Both the position numbers and the translations under genes were made by a program. Below the pieces are notes generated by a model, which did not search any database, was not told the DNA's origin, and was given only the letters and a program-made list of their open reading frames with translations. A DNA stretch of 64,000 bases, taken from positions 1,319 to 65,318 of the forward strand of contig JBHHVD010000004.1 of the NCBI GenBank assembly GCA_046754105.1, in the 5' to 3' direction. Source of the stretch: Candidatus Krumholzibacteriia bacterium. Its GTDB lineage: Bacteria > Krumholzibacteriota > Krumholzibacteriia > WVZY01. Positions 1-12,098 of the stretch are shown here, one piece after another (positions within the stretch are counted from its first letter, which is position 1; each line of letters opens with the position of its first letter).

Positions 1-1649
1 GAGTTGGCCAGGTGGACGTCGAAACCGACGGCCTGCCGGTTTTCCACCAGCCAGTATTCCGCGGGCGGGTTGCGTGCCGGGTCCTGAAACCAGCCGTCCA
101 CCGACGACTCGAAGTCTGTTGCGTAGCTTTCGCCGCCGCCGGTCACCGAGACGTCATCGACCACAATCGCGCCGCACGCACTCAGGTAACGGCCGTCCTC
201 GTCCGAGCCGAACGTGTCCGTCACCACGCGAAAGCGAAGCGTGTAGGCCGCCGGCGTCGTCAGGAACGGGCCGAGGTCGATCGTCTCGGTGCCGCCCGCA
301 ACTCCGTTGTACGCGACAAGAACCGTCTCCTGGCCGCCGACGTCAATGGACACGAACACCGAGTCGTAGTTGGCCTCGAGGTCGTACTGGTAGGCGTAGG
401 AAAAAACCACGCCGCCGTTGCCGTCGAAGCGGAACTCGCGCTCGACCGCCTCCGTCCACGCGTTCCCGTAGCCGTTTCCCCCCGACCATCCACGGGTGGC
501 TCCCTCCGCCGTATCGAGACCGCAGCGCAGCGAGTACTGACCGGCGATCGCGCAATCCTTCATGCGACGGAAACGGTCGTCGCTGAACGCCAGTTTGAAC
601 GCGACCGGGTTGGATTCGGCCTGCGGAATCGCCTGGATCGATCCTCCTGGGCCCACATCGACGGGCACCACCCAGCCGAGCTGCGCGCGCGTCCAGGCGC
701 TCGGGTGCGCGGGCGAGTCGGGCGTGTTCCAGTTGCCGCGGCCCATCAAACCCCAATCGCCGATGCCGTTGGTGCCGCCGTCCGGGTCGAACAGGTCGGG
801 CAGCCCGAACGCGTGCCCGATCGCGTGGCAAAACCCGCCGATCTCGATCACGCCGCCCCCGCACGACCGCGCCGGCTGGATCGAGTAATCCTTGATGCGG
901 ATGAACCCGCCGTTCGCGCCGGGGTCGTCGGTCGCATACGGCTGCCCACCGGAAATCGGCCACAACCGGTAATCTCCCGTGTGGGACCATATTTCCGCGC
1001 CGCCGCACTCGCCGCCCGAGTCGCTGTGCACGATGACCACCATGTCGACGAATCCGTCGTCGTCACCCGAGTCGGGCAGCCCGTCCGGACCGTCATTGTC
1101 GAACGCTCGAAAGTCGACGAAGGCGTCATTGGCATCGAGCAGTTCCTTGATCAACTCTCCCGTTCGCGCGTCCCCCGGTGAGAGGCCGTTGGACGTGCCT
1201 TCGTAGTAGGCCTCGCTGCGCGAGACCGTGAGCCAGTCGTGGACGGTACCCCCGACGTTGAGTACGCCGTACGAGACCTCGTCGAAGTAGGCGGTGATCG
1301 TACCGGCGGCCCCGTCGAAGAGCCGGGTCTGGAGGTCGGTGAAAGGATACGGAGTGGTCTGGTTTGCGAATCGGGCGAGCAGAACGGGTACGTCGAAGTT
1401 CCCCGCCACCTGGTAGGTCGAAGGCAGCGCCGTCGGCTCGCCGTGGCTGCGCACGTACGCTTCCCGGCTCGAGCGGATAGCACGGACCTTATCGATCCAC
1501 GCGCCGGAGAGCCCGCGCACCGGCCGCGCTCGGTCGCCAACGCCGAGGTAGGCGGCCGGTAGCGACCCCCCGTTTCTCGGGGAAACGATCGCCAGCGCGG
1601 GTGAACCGATGGCAACCGCGATAAAAGCAAGCCACAGAAGAAGCCTCAC
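1..1649 (-). CDS. Secreted M6 (InhA)-like metallopeptidase family protein, partial; the 3' end lies beyond the window start. The zinc motif reads HAIGH rather than HEXXH.
   Basis: Hand translation of the minus strand from GTG 1649 (GGAGA about 12 nt upstream) is open to position 1. The six-frame track omits it because no stop falls inside the window. The N-terminus is signal-peptide-like (RLLLWLAFIAVAIGSPALA). The motifs AYFDEVSYG, MVVIVHSDSGGE and CHAIGHAFGLPDLFD resemble the M6 signature HEXXHxxGLPDxYD. The plus-strand ORF 12..1181 is the antisense artefact. Confidence 0.6.
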   Translation of the reverse strand, partial: MRLLLWLAFIAVAIGSPALAIVSPRNGGSLPAAYLGVGDRARPVRGLSGAWIDKVRAIRSSREAYVRSHGEPTALPSTYQVAGNFDVPVLLARFANQTTPYPFTDLQTRLFDGAAGTITAYFDEVSYGVLNVGGTVHDWLTVSRSEAYYEGTSNGLSPGDARTGELIKELLDANDAFVDFRAFDNDGPDGLPDSGDDDGFVDMVVIVHSDSGGECGGAEIWSHTGDYRLWPISGGQPYATDDPGANGGFIRIKDYSIQPARSCGGGVIEIGGFCHAIGHAFGLPDLFDPDGGTNGIGDWGLMGRGNWNTPDSPAHPSAWTRAQLGWVVPVDVGPGGSIQAIPQAESNPVAFKLAFSDDRFRRMKDCAIAGQYSLRCGLDTAEGATRGWSGGNGYGNAWTEAVEREFRFDGNGGVVFSYAYQYDLEANYDSVFVSIDVGGQETVLVAYNGVAGGTETIDLGPFLTTPAAYTLRFRVVTDTFGSDEDGRYLSACGAIVVDDVSVTGGGESYATDFESSVDGWFQDPARNPPAEYWLVENRQAVGFDVHLAN

Positions 1650-1724
1650 GATGCAGTGTCTCCGTTGCTAAGCACAGTCGCAGGGGCATTGCTTGCGGGA
1701 TGAAGCCGGCGTGCGCCGATTGGG

Positions 1725-2318
1725 CTATTTCTTTTTCAACACCGCCGTTCCGCCCTTGGCCCGTATCATCGTACGGGTTGCATCGCACGTGACGAAGCCG
1801 ATAAAATCGAGTCCCGTGCCACGCGTTACCTCGATCGTACCCCCATTGAATTCTTCATGCGCCTTGCACGTATACTTGACGACCCACCACTTGGGTTCAC
1901 TCATACAGGGAAACGCGATCCCGAAATCCTGGTCGTATTTTCCTACCGCCGCGATCGTCGTATCGTTGTTCGCGCTGCCCATGACGCTCACCTCGGCGGG
2001 CAAGACGAGTCTGTACTCCGCCGCCGACATGGGGTAGTACTCGCTGTACTCGGCGAACACGTACAGGTCGAAATACTCCCCAGGAGCGATCGTTGTTTCG
2101 GTGCGAGTGCCTTGCTCGTCAAAGTACGGCCGTAGCGACCCCTTGACAATCTGCTCCAATTCGGAAAAATCGTCCTCGGTAATGGCCGGTCGCCCCGGAC
2201 CCCGCTGTTGTGTGGCCGTCGCCGACTCGTTCGACGCGGTTTGCTCTCCCCCGCCTTCTTTCTTCCCGCACGCCGGGAGCAGCGCGAGGGCGATCATCAA
2301 CACGACCAGCCTGGACAT
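1725..2318 (-). CDS. Hypothetical lipoprotein
   Basis: 197-aa ORF. The N-terminus MSRLVVLMIALALLPACG has a lipobox-like LLPAC. No recognisable catalytic motif. Confidence 0.55.
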   Translation of the reverse strand: MSRLVVLMIALALLPACGKKEGGGEQTASNESATATQQRGPGRPAITEDDFSELEQIVKGSLRPYFDEQGTRTETTIAPGEYFDLYVFAEYSEYYPMSAAEYRLVLPAEVSVMGSANNDTTIAAVGKYDQDFGIAFPCMSEPKWWVVKYTCKAHEEFNGGTIEVTRGTGLDFIGFVTCDATRTMIRAKGGTAVLKKK

Positions 2319-2597
2319 TCGGTCCCCTTTGAACGCACCGGAGTGGAACTACAGTAACTAGTATTATGTCAATATGATAACCGCTCTCGCTCTCCGTGTC
2401 TACGGTGAACCCGGGTCACTGCCGCCGACGACACCCCGAAAGCTGTTACGGCACAATCACATTCGCCGTTGGCCTTTTGTGCGCCGCCGCTAATAGCGGT
2501 TGACGCCGACGGTGGGCTTGTTTACACTACTATTCTACCAGAAAACGATAACTTTTTGCAATCACTTACTTTATCAGAATAATCACCGGCGAATGGG
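2319..2597. promoter_or_regulatory. Divergent intergenic region with AT-rich promoter-like elements for the carboxylase operon (+) and the lipoprotein gene (-)
   Basis: 279 bp with two AT-rich stretches (2355-2385 and 2521-2590) in a GC-rich background. Candidate elements are TTGCAA-N17-ATAATC near 2556-2584 and TTGACG-N17-TACACT near 2508-2536, both upstream of pccB. Confidence 0.3.
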
Positions 2598-4157
<1,560 letters not shown>

Positions 4158-4185
4158 ATTCCCGGTGGCGCTCCTGCAAACCGCC

Positions 4186-5694
4186 ATGTTCAAAAAGATT
4201 CTGATAGCAAACCGCGGGGAAATCGGTATGCGCGTGATGCGCAGCTGCAAAGAAATGGGCATCGCGACGGTTGCCGTATACTCCGACTGCGACCGGCTCG
4301 CCCTCCACGTCACGTATGCGGACGAGTCCTACCATATCGGTCCGTCGCCGAGCCAGGACAGCTATCTGGCTATCGACAAGATCATCGCAACCGCGAAGAG
4401 GAGCGGGGCCGACGCGATTCACCCGGGCTACGGGTTCTTGGCGGAAAACGCCGGCCTGGCCGAGGCCTGCGACGAAGCGGGTATTGTCTTCATCGGTCCG
4501 CCGGCGGACGCCATCCGACGCATGGGTGACAAGCTCGAGGCGCGCGAGACCATGGCGAACTCGGGCGTCCCCGTCATCCCCGGAAGTCCGAAACCAATTA
4601 CGAGCGTCGCCCGGGCGGCCGCGGCGGCCGGCGAGCTCGGATTTCCCGTCATGATCAAGGCGGCGGCCGGCGGCGGAGGCAAGGGGCTGCGCCGGGTCGA
4701 GAATCCGGATGACATCCGCAAGGCGGTCGAAATGACCATGGGTGAGGCGGAGAGTGCCTTCGGGGACAAGAGCGTTTTTGTCGAACGGTACGTGGAACGT
4801 CCCAAGCACATCGAGGTGCAAGTGCTCGCCGATGGCACCGGCAAAACGGTAACTCTCGGGGAGCGCGAGTGCTCGATGCAGCGCCGCTTTCAGAAGGTGA
4901 TCGAAGAGGCCCCATCGCCGAGTGTTACGCCACAGCTGCGGCAGAGACTGAGCGAAGCGGCCCTCAAGGCCGCGCGGGCGGTGGGATACGTCGGAGCCGG
5001 CACCGTCGAATTCGTCATGGGCGGCGACGGAACGTTTTATTTTCTCGAAATGAACACGCGGCTGCAGGTCGAGCACCCCGTGACGGAACTGGTCTACGGC
5101 CTCGATCTCGTCAAAGAGCAGATCCGCGTCGCCGCCGGAGAGAGCCTCGAACTCGAACAAGACGCCATTCGCATGCGGGGGCACGCGCTCGAAACCCGCA
5201 TCTACGCAGAGGATCCGCAGGCGAATTTCCTGCCGTCGACCGGAAAGATCCGGCAGCTGGTGCTTCCGCAGGGACCCGGGGTCCGAAACGAGAACGGTAT
5301 CTACCCCGGCTACGAGATCCCCATCTATTACGATCCCCTGCTGGGCAAACTCATCGTGTGGGCGGAGGACCGTCCCACGGCCATCCGGCGGGCACGGAGG
5401 GCGCTCGGCGAGTACCAGATCGACGGTGTAAAGACCAACGTCGAGTTTCTCCTGTGGGCGCTCGCGGAGCCCGCCTTCGTCGACGGCTCGTACGACACCC
5501 GTCATATCGAACAACACTTCGCTCCCGACCTCCTCCACGCCGACCCGGCGGAAATCGAACTCGCTGCCGTCGCCGCCAGCATCACGGCGTACCGCTGCCA
5601 CAAACAAACCACCTTCGGCCCCGCCAGAGAGGTTCGGGACAACACCTGGCGCCGTATCGCGCGGATGGAGGGCTTGCGGAAACCCCGGATGTGA
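4186..5694 (+). CDS. accC: Biotin carboxylase subunit with a ~55-aa C-terminal extension
   Basis: MFKKILIANRGEIGMRVMRSC is a classic biotin carboxylase N-terminus, and the protein carries the ATP-grasp motifs. The track ORF starts at 4165, but ATG 4186 matches the family N-terminus. The stop overlaps the next gene start region. Confidence 0.9.
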   Translation: MFKKILIANRGEIGMRVMRSCKEMGIATVAVYSDCDRLALHVTYADESYHIGPSPSQDSYLAIDKIIATAKRSGADAIHPGYGFLAENAGLAEACDEAGIVFIGPPADAIRRMGDKLEARETMANSGVPVIPGSPKPITSVARAAAAAGELGFPVMIKAAAGGGGKGLRRVENPDDIRKAVEMTMGEAESAFGDKSVFVERYVERPKHIEVQVLADGTGKTVTLGERECSMQRRFQKVIEEAPSPSVTPQLRQRLSEAALKAARAVGYVGAGTVEFVMGGDGTFYFLEMNTRLQVEHPVTELVYGLDLVKEQIRVAAGESLELEQDAIRMRGHALETRIYAEDPQANFLPSTGKIRQLVLPQGPGVRNENGIYPGYEIPIYYDPLLGKLIVWAEDRPTAIRRARRALGEYQIDGVKTNVEFLLWALAEPAFVDGSYDTRHIEQHFAPDLLHADPAEIELAAVAASITAYRCHKQTTFGPAREVRDNTWRRIARMEGLRKPRM

Positions 5695-5698
5695 TCCA

Positions 5699-6226
5699 AT
5701 GAAGATGAGATTCACAGTGCGAGTGGAAGGACAGGAGAAGCGGCTCGAGGTCGAAGAGCGCGACGGCGTCTACCGGCTCGATATCGATGGGAAGTCGCAG
5801 CTGGTCGATTGCCACAGCGCGGGCCACCGGGATTTTCTCTCGCTCATTATCGACAACAAGTCGCACTTGATCGAGAGCGCGCCGCTCAAGATGGACGAAG
5901 GGCTCTATTACGCCAAGATCGGCGGGCGCCGTTACAACGTCGAGGTGCTGGACGAGCGCCTGCTGGCCACGCGGCAGGCGACGGCGATCGTCCTGCCGGC
6001 GGGACCGTACGTGATCACGTCGCCGATGCCGGGGCTCATCGTCGACGTGCGCGTCAAGGTCGGCGACACGGTCGAGGCCGGCACAGCGGTCGTCGTCATG
6101 GAAGCGATGAAGATGCAGAACGAACTGGTTTCGGAGGTCCAGGGCGTGGTCACGGCAGTCAACATTCAGACCAGCGACACCGTTGATTCGCAGGCGCCTC
6201 TGGTTGAAATAGAGAGAAGCGAATGA
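5699..6226 (+). CDS. accB: Biotin carboxyl carrier protein (biotinyl domain with an N-terminal BT-like extension)
   Basis: C-terminal biotinyl domain with EAMKM (the biotinylation lysine in AMKM). The ~100-aa N-terminal extension is consistent with a split PccA alpha subunit. Confidence 0.85.
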   Translation: MKMRFTVRVEGQEKRLEVEERDGVYRLDIDGKSQLVDCHSAGHRDFLSLIIDNKSHLIESAPLKMDEGLYYAKIGGRRYNVEVLDERLLATRQATAIVLPAGPYVITSPMPGLIVDVRVKVGDTVEAGTAVVVMEAMKMQNELVSEVQGVVTAVNIQTSDTVDSQAPLVEIERSE

Positions 6227-7896
6227 GCAGGAAACCGCGCCGCACTTCGGACGGGAAGAAACGATTCGACGAGGCCTACTCGGAAGAGGTATCCCGTCGG
6301 CCCGAGCGCAGGGATTCCTTCTCGACGTCCTCCCACATCGAGTTACACCCGGTTTATACCCCGCTCGACGCGGACCAGGACGCCTACCTGGAGACGCAGG
6401 GCTTCCCGGGTGAATTCCCCTTTACGCGCGGCGTTTATCCGACGATGTACCGCGGGCGCCCGTGGACGATCCGTCAGTACGCCGGGTTCGGAACCGCGGC
6501 CGATACCAACCGGCGCTTTCACTTCCTTCTGGACAAGGGGCAGAAAGGCCTCTCCGTCGCCTTCGACCTGCCGACCCAAATGGGATACGATTCCGACGCC
6601 GCCGCGGCCCAGGGAGAAGTCGGCAAGGTCGGAGTCGCCGTCGATTCGATCCACGACATGCGGGTGCTGTTCGATGGCATACCGCTGGACCGCATCAGCA
6701 CCTCGATGACCATCAACTCGACGGCCGCCATCCTGCTGGCGCTCTACGTAGCCGTGGGCGACGAACAGGGCGTCGACCGCCGCAAGCTCACGGGGACCGT
6801 CCAGAATGACATTCTCAAGGAGTACATGGCCCGCGGCACGTATATTTTTCCGCCGGCCCCGTCGGTGCGACTCATCACGGACGTGTTTTCGTGGTGCGCG
6901 GAAAATCTCCCCAACTGGAATCCGATCAGCGTCAGCGGCTACCATATCCGCGAGGCCGGAGCCACCGCCGTGCACGAAATCGCGTTCACACTGGCCGATG
7001 CCGTGACCTACGTCCAGGCCGCTCTGGACGCCGGGCTCGACGTCGATGACTTTGCACCGAGGTTCTCGTTCTTTTTCAACGTGCACAACAACTTTCTCGA
7101 AGAGATCGCGAAATTCCGAGCGGCGCGCCGGATGTGGGCCCGAATCATGAAGCAACGTTTCAAAGCGCGCCGGGACGAGAGTATGCGGCTTCGTTTTCAC
7201 GCGCAGACGGCCGGCAGCACGCTGACCGCGCAACAGCCCAACAACAACGTGGTCCGCGTCACCTTGCAGGCACTGGCCGCCGTATTGGGGGGCACCCAGT
7301 CGTTGCACACCAACAGTCTCGATGAGGCGCTCGGACTGCCCGGGGATACCGCGGCACGTTTGGCCCTCAGGACCCAGCAGATCATTCTCAACGAAACCGG
7401 GGTGACCGACACCATCGACCCGCTCGGGGGCAGCTACGCGGTCGAGGCACTGACGAACGAGTTGGAAGCGCAATCGACGCGGCTCATGGACCAAATCGAG
7501 GAGACCGGCGGCATGATACAGGCGATCGAGGCGGGGTTTCCCCAGCGTGAAATAGAGAAGGCCGCGTACGAACACCAGAAGGCCCAGGAGAGCGGGGACC
7601 TGAAGGTCGTCGGCGTGAACGTCCACGCGGAGGACACCGAGACGGTACCGAACGCATTTCACGTCGACGCCGCGCTGGAGGCGGAACAGGTGTCCGCGCT
7701 CCGGGCGAGACGGGCGTCACGCGACAACTCGAAGGTGCAATCCTTGCTCGACGCGCTCGCCAACGCCGCGCGGGGGTGTGACAACCTTTTCCCCTTCATT
7801 CTGGATGCGGTCAAGTCTGAGGTGACGGTCGGTGAAATCTGCGACACGCTCGCCGGTCAGTTCGGGCGTCATCGTGACCGCAGGAGGTCGGGCTAG
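6223..7896 (+). CDS. Methylmalonyl-CoA mutase catalytic (large, N-terminal) subunit, split type without a B12 domain
   Basis: 557 aa with [26 protein letters not shown]...[17 protein letters not shown] and [18 protein letters not shown]. It retains the Tyr and Arg characteristic of methylmalonyl-CoA specificity. The ATGA overlap with accB indicates translational coupling. Confidence 0.9.
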   Translation: MSRKPRRTSDGKKRFDEAYSEEVSRRPERRDSFSTSSHIELHPVYTPLDADQDAYLETQGFPGEFPFTRGVYPTMYRGRPWTIRQYAGFGTAADTNRRFHFLLDKGQKGLSVAFDLPTQMGYDSDAAAAQGEVGKVGVAVDSIHDMRVLFDGIPLDRISTSMTINSTAAILLALYVAVGDEQGVDRRKLTGTVQNDILKEYMARGTYIFPPAPSVRLITDVFSWCAENLPNWNPISVSGYHIREAGATAVHEIAFTLADAVTYVQAALDAGLDVDDFAPRFSFFFNVHNNFLEEIAKFRAARRMWARIMKQRFKARRDESMRLRFHAQTAGSTLTAQQPNNNVVRVTLQALAAVLGGTQSLHTNSLDEALGLPGDTAARLALRTQQIILNETGVTDTIDPLGGSYAVEALTNELEAQSTRLMDQIEETGGMIQAIEAGFPQREIEKAAYEHQKAQESGDLKVVGVNVHAEDTETVPNAFHVDAALEAEQVSALRARRASRDNSKVQSLLDALANAARGCDNLFPFILDAVKSEVTVGEICDTLAGQFGRHRDRRRSG

Positions 7897-7897
7897 C

Positions 7898-8302
7898 GTG
7901 CCGCGTGAAATCGATCATATCGCGATTGCGGTATCGGACCTCGACGCGTCCATCGCGTTGTACCGTTCGCTGTTCCAACTCGAGGTGACACATCGGGAAG
8001 AGGTGGAGAGTTTCGGTGTGGAGGTCGCGACTCTCGCCGTGGGTAAGACCGAGATCGAACTGCTCGCGGCAACGTCGGAGGCATCCCCGATCCACAAGTT
8101 CGTGCAGCGCAGGGGCCCGGGCCTGCATCATATAGCCTTCGCCGTGGAGGATATCCGCCGCGAGCTGGCGCGACTCAAGAAGGAGGGCGTCCGACTCATC
8201 GACGATTCACCCAGGCGCGGCAAGGGAAGGTCTCTGGTCGCGTTCATTCACCCGGGGTCTGCACACGACGTCCTCTACGAGCTCGTGCAGCGCCCTGCCT
8301 AG
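7898..8302 (+). CDS. mce: Methylmalonyl-CoA epimerase (VOC/glyoxalase family)
   Basis: [12 protein letters not shown]...GLHHIAFAV is the VOC fold typical of the epimerase. A GTG start at 7898 immediately follows the mutase stop. It is the last gene of the carboxylase-mutase operon. Confidence 0.8.
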   Translation: MPREIDHIAIAVSDLDASIALYRSLFQLEVTHREEVESFGVEVATLAVGKTEIELLAATSEASPIHKFVQRRGPGLHHIAFAVEDIRRELARLKKEGVRLIDDSPRRGKGRSLVAFIHPGSAHDVLYELVQRPA

Positions 8303-9153
8303 CGGCCGTAGTCGTAGAAACCTCGTCCGCTCTTGCGGCCCAGGCGGCCCGCCGCCACCATTTTCTTCAGTAACGGGCACGGCCGGTATTTTGAGTCTCC
8401 GAGATCGCGGTGCAGCACACGCATGATATCGAGACAAACATCGAGACCTATGAGGTCGGCAAGCTTCAGAGGTCCCATCGGGTGGGCCATCCCCAGCGTC
8501 ATTACCTCGTCGATCGCTTCCTCGCCGGCGACGCCCTCCATCAAACAGTAGACCGCCTCATTGATCATCGGCATGAGAATGCGGTTGGAGACAAATCCAG
8601 GATAGTCGTTGACCTCCACCGGCGTCTTGCCCAACCCCTCGCACAGGGAAATAGTGGAGCGCACCGTGGCGTCTCCGGTCTCCATCCCCCGGATGACCTC
8701 TACCAGCTTCATCACCGGTACCGGGTTCATGAAATGCATGCCGATGAAACGGCCGGGGTTCGAAACGTTCGCGGCCAGGGAGGTTACGGAAATCGATGAC
8801 GTGTTGGTTGCGAGAATCGCGCCGTCATCGACCCGATCACTTATCTGTCTCCAGGCGTCCGCCTTGACGCGCTCCTCTTCGAAAACCGCCTCGACCACCA
8901 CCCCGCTGCCGGCGACGTCGTCGAGCCGGGTCGTCGTCGTGATACCCCGCAGGATCCGTTCCCTGTCTGGGGGTGCGATCTTCTCTTTCTCGACCATGCG
9001 GTCCAGACTCTTACCGATGGCGGAAACGCCCCTGCGCAGAGAGGTTTCTTCCACGTCGACCAGGGTGACCGGATGCCCCGCCTGCGCAAATACCTGGGCG
9101 ATACCCTGACCCATCGTTCCAGCCCCGATCACCGAGATCTTACGGGCACTCAT
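8299..9153 (-). CDS. hbd: 3-hydroxybutyryl-CoA dehydrogenase (3-hydroxyacyl-CoA dehydrogenase family)
   Basis: [23 protein letters not shown] is a Rossmann NAD-binding N-terminus, and the C-terminal domain is of the 3HCDH type. The start was chosen at the internal Met that matches the family N-terminus. Confidence 0.85.
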   Translation of the reverse strand: MSARKISVIGAGTMGQGIAQVFAQAGHPVTLVDVEETSLRRGVSAIGKSLDRMVEKEKIAPPDRERILRGITTTTRLDDVAGSGVVVEAVFEEERVKADAWRQISDRVDDGAILATNTSSISVTSLAANVSNPGRFIGMHFMNPVPVMKLVEVIRGMETGDATVRSTISLCEGLGKTPVEVNDYPGFVSNRILMPMINEAVYCLMEGVAGEEAIDEVMTLGMAHPMGPLKLADLIGLDVCLDIMRVLHRDLGDSKYRPCPLLKKMVAAGRLGRKSGRGFYDYGR

Positions 9154-10337
9154 CGTCCGTCTCCGGCCGTGACGCTCATCGCCACCGCGTTGCCCCCTCC
9201 CAGACACAGCGTGGCCAGTCCCTTGGCGGCCCCGCGTTTCCTCAGCGCGTGTATGAGCGTTACGAGCAGCCGTGCCCCGGACGCGCCGATGGGATGTCCG
9301 AGCGCGACCGCGCCGCCGTTGACGTTCACCTTCTCGAGGGGCATTTCGAGTTCACCCGTCACCGCCACCGCCTGCACCGCAAACGCCTCGTTGAGCTCGA
9401 TCAGGTCGAAATCGCCTATGGTCTCGCCGGTCGAGGCGAGAAGATTGCGCACCGCCTTTAGCGGCGCCATCATTACCCACTGCGGTTCCATGCCACCCAC
9501 GGAATAGGCATCGATGGTCGCGAGGATCGGCAGACCGAGGTCCCTGGCCCGGGACTCCGACGCGACGACAACCGCTGCGGCCCCGTCGTTTATGGTCGAT
9601 GCGTTGCCCGCGGTCACGGTGCCGTCCTTCTGAAATGCCGGCTTCAGGCGGGAGAGCCTGTCCATGCTGCTGTCCCTGCGCGGCCCCTCGTCGAGTTCGA
9701 CAACGGTATCGCCACGCCGACCCTTTACCGTTACCGCGACGATCTCGTCGCTGAACGCGCCCGATTCCTGAGCAGCCACCGCTCTTTTCTGGCTCGCGAG
9801 CGCGTACTCGTCCTGTGCCTCACGGCTCACCTTGTATTTTTCCGCAACGAGCTCGGCCGTGTTTCCCATGTGGAAATCGTTATGACAATCCCACAGACCA
9901 TCGTTGATCATCGAATCGACGACGTTACCGTGTCCGAGTCTGTGACCGGTCCGCACCTCGGGAAGCAGGTACGGTGCCTGGCTCATGCACTCGAACCCGC
10001 CGGCGACGATCAATCCGGCGTCCCCCAACCGAATCGCCTGCGCGGCGAGCATGACCGACTTCAGCCCCGAACCGCACACCTTGTTAATCGTCACCGCCCC
10101 CACCTCGGGCGGCACGCCCCCGGCCAGCGCGGCCTGCCGCGCGGGGTTCTGACCGAGCCCCCCCTGCAGCACGTTGCCCATGATGACCTCGTCGATACCG
10201 GCCGGGTCGATGCCCGTTTTGCCGATGAGGGCCCTGATAACGGTCGCGCCGATCTGCGGCGCGGACATACTGGAGAGCCCGCCGAGAAAGCGCCCGATGG
10301 GCGTTCTCAGGGCCGCACATATGACTGCCCGTTCCAT
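9150..10337 (-). CDS. Acetyl-CoA C-acetyltransferase (thiolase II)
   Basis: Contains [11 protein letters not shown] (active-site Cys), [11 protein letters not shown] and [12 protein letters not shown] near the C-terminus. ATGA overlap with hbd. Confidence 0.9.
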   Translation of the reverse strand: MERAVICAALRTPIGRFLGGLSSMSAPQIGATVIRALIGKTGIDPAGIDEVIMGNVLQGGLGQNPARQAALAGGVPPEVGAVTINKVCGSGLKSVMLAAQAIRLGDAGLIVAGGFECMSQAPYLLPEVRTGHRLGHGNVVDSMINDGLWDCHNDFHMGNTAELVAEKYKVSREAQDEYALASQKRAVAAQESGAFSDEIVAVTVKGRRGDTVVELDEGPRRDSSMDRLSRLKPAFQKDGTVTAGNASTINDGAAAVVVASESRARDLGLPILATIDAYSVGGMEPQWVMMAPLKAVRNLLASTGETIGDFDLIELNEAFAVQAVAVTGELEMPLEKVNVNGGAVALGHPIGASGARLLVTLIHALRKRGAAKGLATLCLGGGNAVAMSVTAGDGR

Positions 10338-10478
10338 TACACGTTCCTCTCGTCTGTTCTCTCGCCGCGTCTCGGCGGGCCCATACCGGGTCCGGCGGCG
10401 GGGATTGAGCTGCGGCGCATTAGCGCCGCCTGTTCCAATCGCCGCCCGGGGTACGCTGCCGTCAGGTCAGCGTACCGC

Positions 10479-11627
10479 CTAATCCAGCACCTCGCGGGCA
10501 ATAACCATGCGCTGGATCTCGCTCGTGCCTTCGCCGATCTCACAGATCTTGGCATCCCGGTAGAACCGCTCGACCGGATAGTCTTTCGTGTACCCGTAGC
10601 CGCCGTGGATCTGCAGCGCCTTGTCGGTCGTCCTCATGGCCGCTTCGGAGGCGAAGAGTTTTGCCATAGAGGCCTCGCGCCGGAACGGCTGCCCCGAGTC
10701 CTTGATGCGGCTTGCGTGGTAGACCAGGAGTCTCGCCGCGTGCATCTCGGTCGCCATCGTCGCCAGCATGTGCTGAATGGCCTGAAACTCTGCGATCGCC
10801 TTTCCGAATTGACGGCGCTCCTTGGCGTAGGCCACTGCTTCGTCCAGGGCCCCCTGCCCGATCCCGAGCGCCAGCGCCCCTATTGAAATACGCCCCCCCT
10901 CGAGCGTCTTCATGAACGTCTTGAACCCACCACCCTTGCCTCCCAAGAGGTTCTCCTTCGGCACTTCGCAGTTGTCAAGCACGATCTCGGCCGTGCACGA
11001 CGCGCGGCACCCCAACTTGTCCTCTATGGTACCGACCGCAAAGCCGGGGAAATCGTTCTCGACGACGAACGCGCTAATGCCATCCGGGCCCGCTTCTGGA
11101 TCGGTGATCGCGGTGACCACCAGATAACGGGCGAACGCTCCATTCGTAACGAACGCCTTGGTACCGGACAGGAGATACTGGTCGCCCTTGAGTACCGCCC
11201 GCGTCTTGATCGACGCGGCGTCACTGCCCGCACCCGGCTCCGTCAGACAAAAGGCCCCGACAACCTCGCCGGACGCCAGCGGCGGCAGGTACTTCTGCTT
11301 TTGCTCCTCGGTGCCGGCCAGCAGGATCGGCGTCATGCTCAGGGAGTTATGCGCGGCGAGCGACAGCCCCGTCGAGGCACACGCCTTCGATAACTCCTCG
11401 ATAACGATGGAATAGCAGACGGTGTCGGTGCCGGCGCCGCCGTACTCCGAGGGCACAGCAAGGCCCATGAATCCAACCTCACCCATTTGCTTGAACAGCT
11501 CGACCGGATACTCACCCTTCTCGTCGATCTCCGCGGCGATGGGCTTCAGCTCGCTCTCCGCGAACTTGCGCGCCATTTCCCGAATCATCTGCTGCTCGTC
11601 CGTGATCTCCATAAGCTCCATGTGCAC
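10479..11627 (-). CDS. Acyl-CoA dehydrogenase (short/butyryl-chain type)
   Basis: 382-aa ACAD fold ending in [34 protein letters not shown] with a catalytic Glu. Confidence 0.9.
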   Translation of the reverse strand: MHMELMEITDEQQMIREMARKFAESELKPIAAEIDEKGEYPVELFKQMGEVGFMGLAVPSEYGGAGTDTVCYSIVIEELSKACASTGLSLAAHNSLSMTPILLAGTEEQKQKYLPPLASGEVVGAFCLTEPGAGSDAASIKTRAVLKGDQYLLSGTKAFVTNGAFARYLVVTAITDPEAGPDGISAFVVENDFPGFAVGTIEDKLGCRASCTAEIVLDNCEVPKENLLGGKGGGFKTFMKTLEGGRISIGALALGIGQGALDEAVAYAKERRQFGKAIAEFQAIQHMLATMATEMHAARLLVYHASRIKDSGQPFRREASMAKLFASEAAMRTTDKALQIHGGYGYTKDYPVERFYRDAKICEIGEGTSEIQRMVIAREVLD

Positions 11628-11635
11628 CCTCCGTC

Positions 11636-12076
11636 CTAACCGGTCTTCTTCGATTTCTTCCCTTCGAACAAACCGCGAATGTACTCTACGATTTCCCTCG
11701 TATCGGTGCCCGGGCCGAAGACTTCGCTGACGCCCGCTTCCTTGAGTTTGACGGTGTCCTCATCCGGTATGATCCCGCCGCCGATGAGAGGAGTTTCCCC
11801 CAGACCCCCGTCATCCATCATCTTGCGGACGCGGCGAAACAGGCTCATGTGCGCCCCGGACAGAACGCTCAGCGAAACGACGTCGACGTCCTCCTGCACG
11901 GCGGCCTCCAGGATCATCTCGGGTGTCTGGTGCAGCCCGGTGTAGATGACCTCCATACCGGCGTCCCTCAGCGCGTTTGCTACGACCTTCGCGCCGCGGT
12001 CGTGTCCGTCCAGACCGGGCTTGGCCACCAGAATCTTGATCGGTTTCTTCCTCCTTCCACGTCGCGCGGCACGCAT
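11636..12076 (-). CDS. Cobalamin-binding small subunit of an acyl-CoA mutase (B12-binding domain)
   Basis: [20 protein letters not shown] carries the DxHxxG B12-binding motif, and the protein has a Rossmann-like B12 domain. The track ORF starts at 12094; an internal Met at 12076 is more likely. Confidence 0.85.
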   Translation of the reverse strand: MRAARRGRRKKPIKILVAKPGLDGHDRGAKVVANALRDAGMEVIYTGLHQTPEMILEAAVQEDVDVVSLSVLSGAHMSLFRRVRKMMDDGGLGETPLIGGGIIPDEDTVKLKEAGVSEVFGPGTDTREIVEYIRGLFEGKKSKKTG

Positions 12077-12098
12077 CCCCGCCACCGCCGCCACACCG

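Noticed and set aside
12-1181. 389-aa plus-strand ORF at the window start
   Set aside because: Arg/Ala/Val-rich low-complexity translation typical of an antisense frame in high-GC DNA. The opposite strand gives a coherent M6-like peptidase with signal peptide and conserved motifs.
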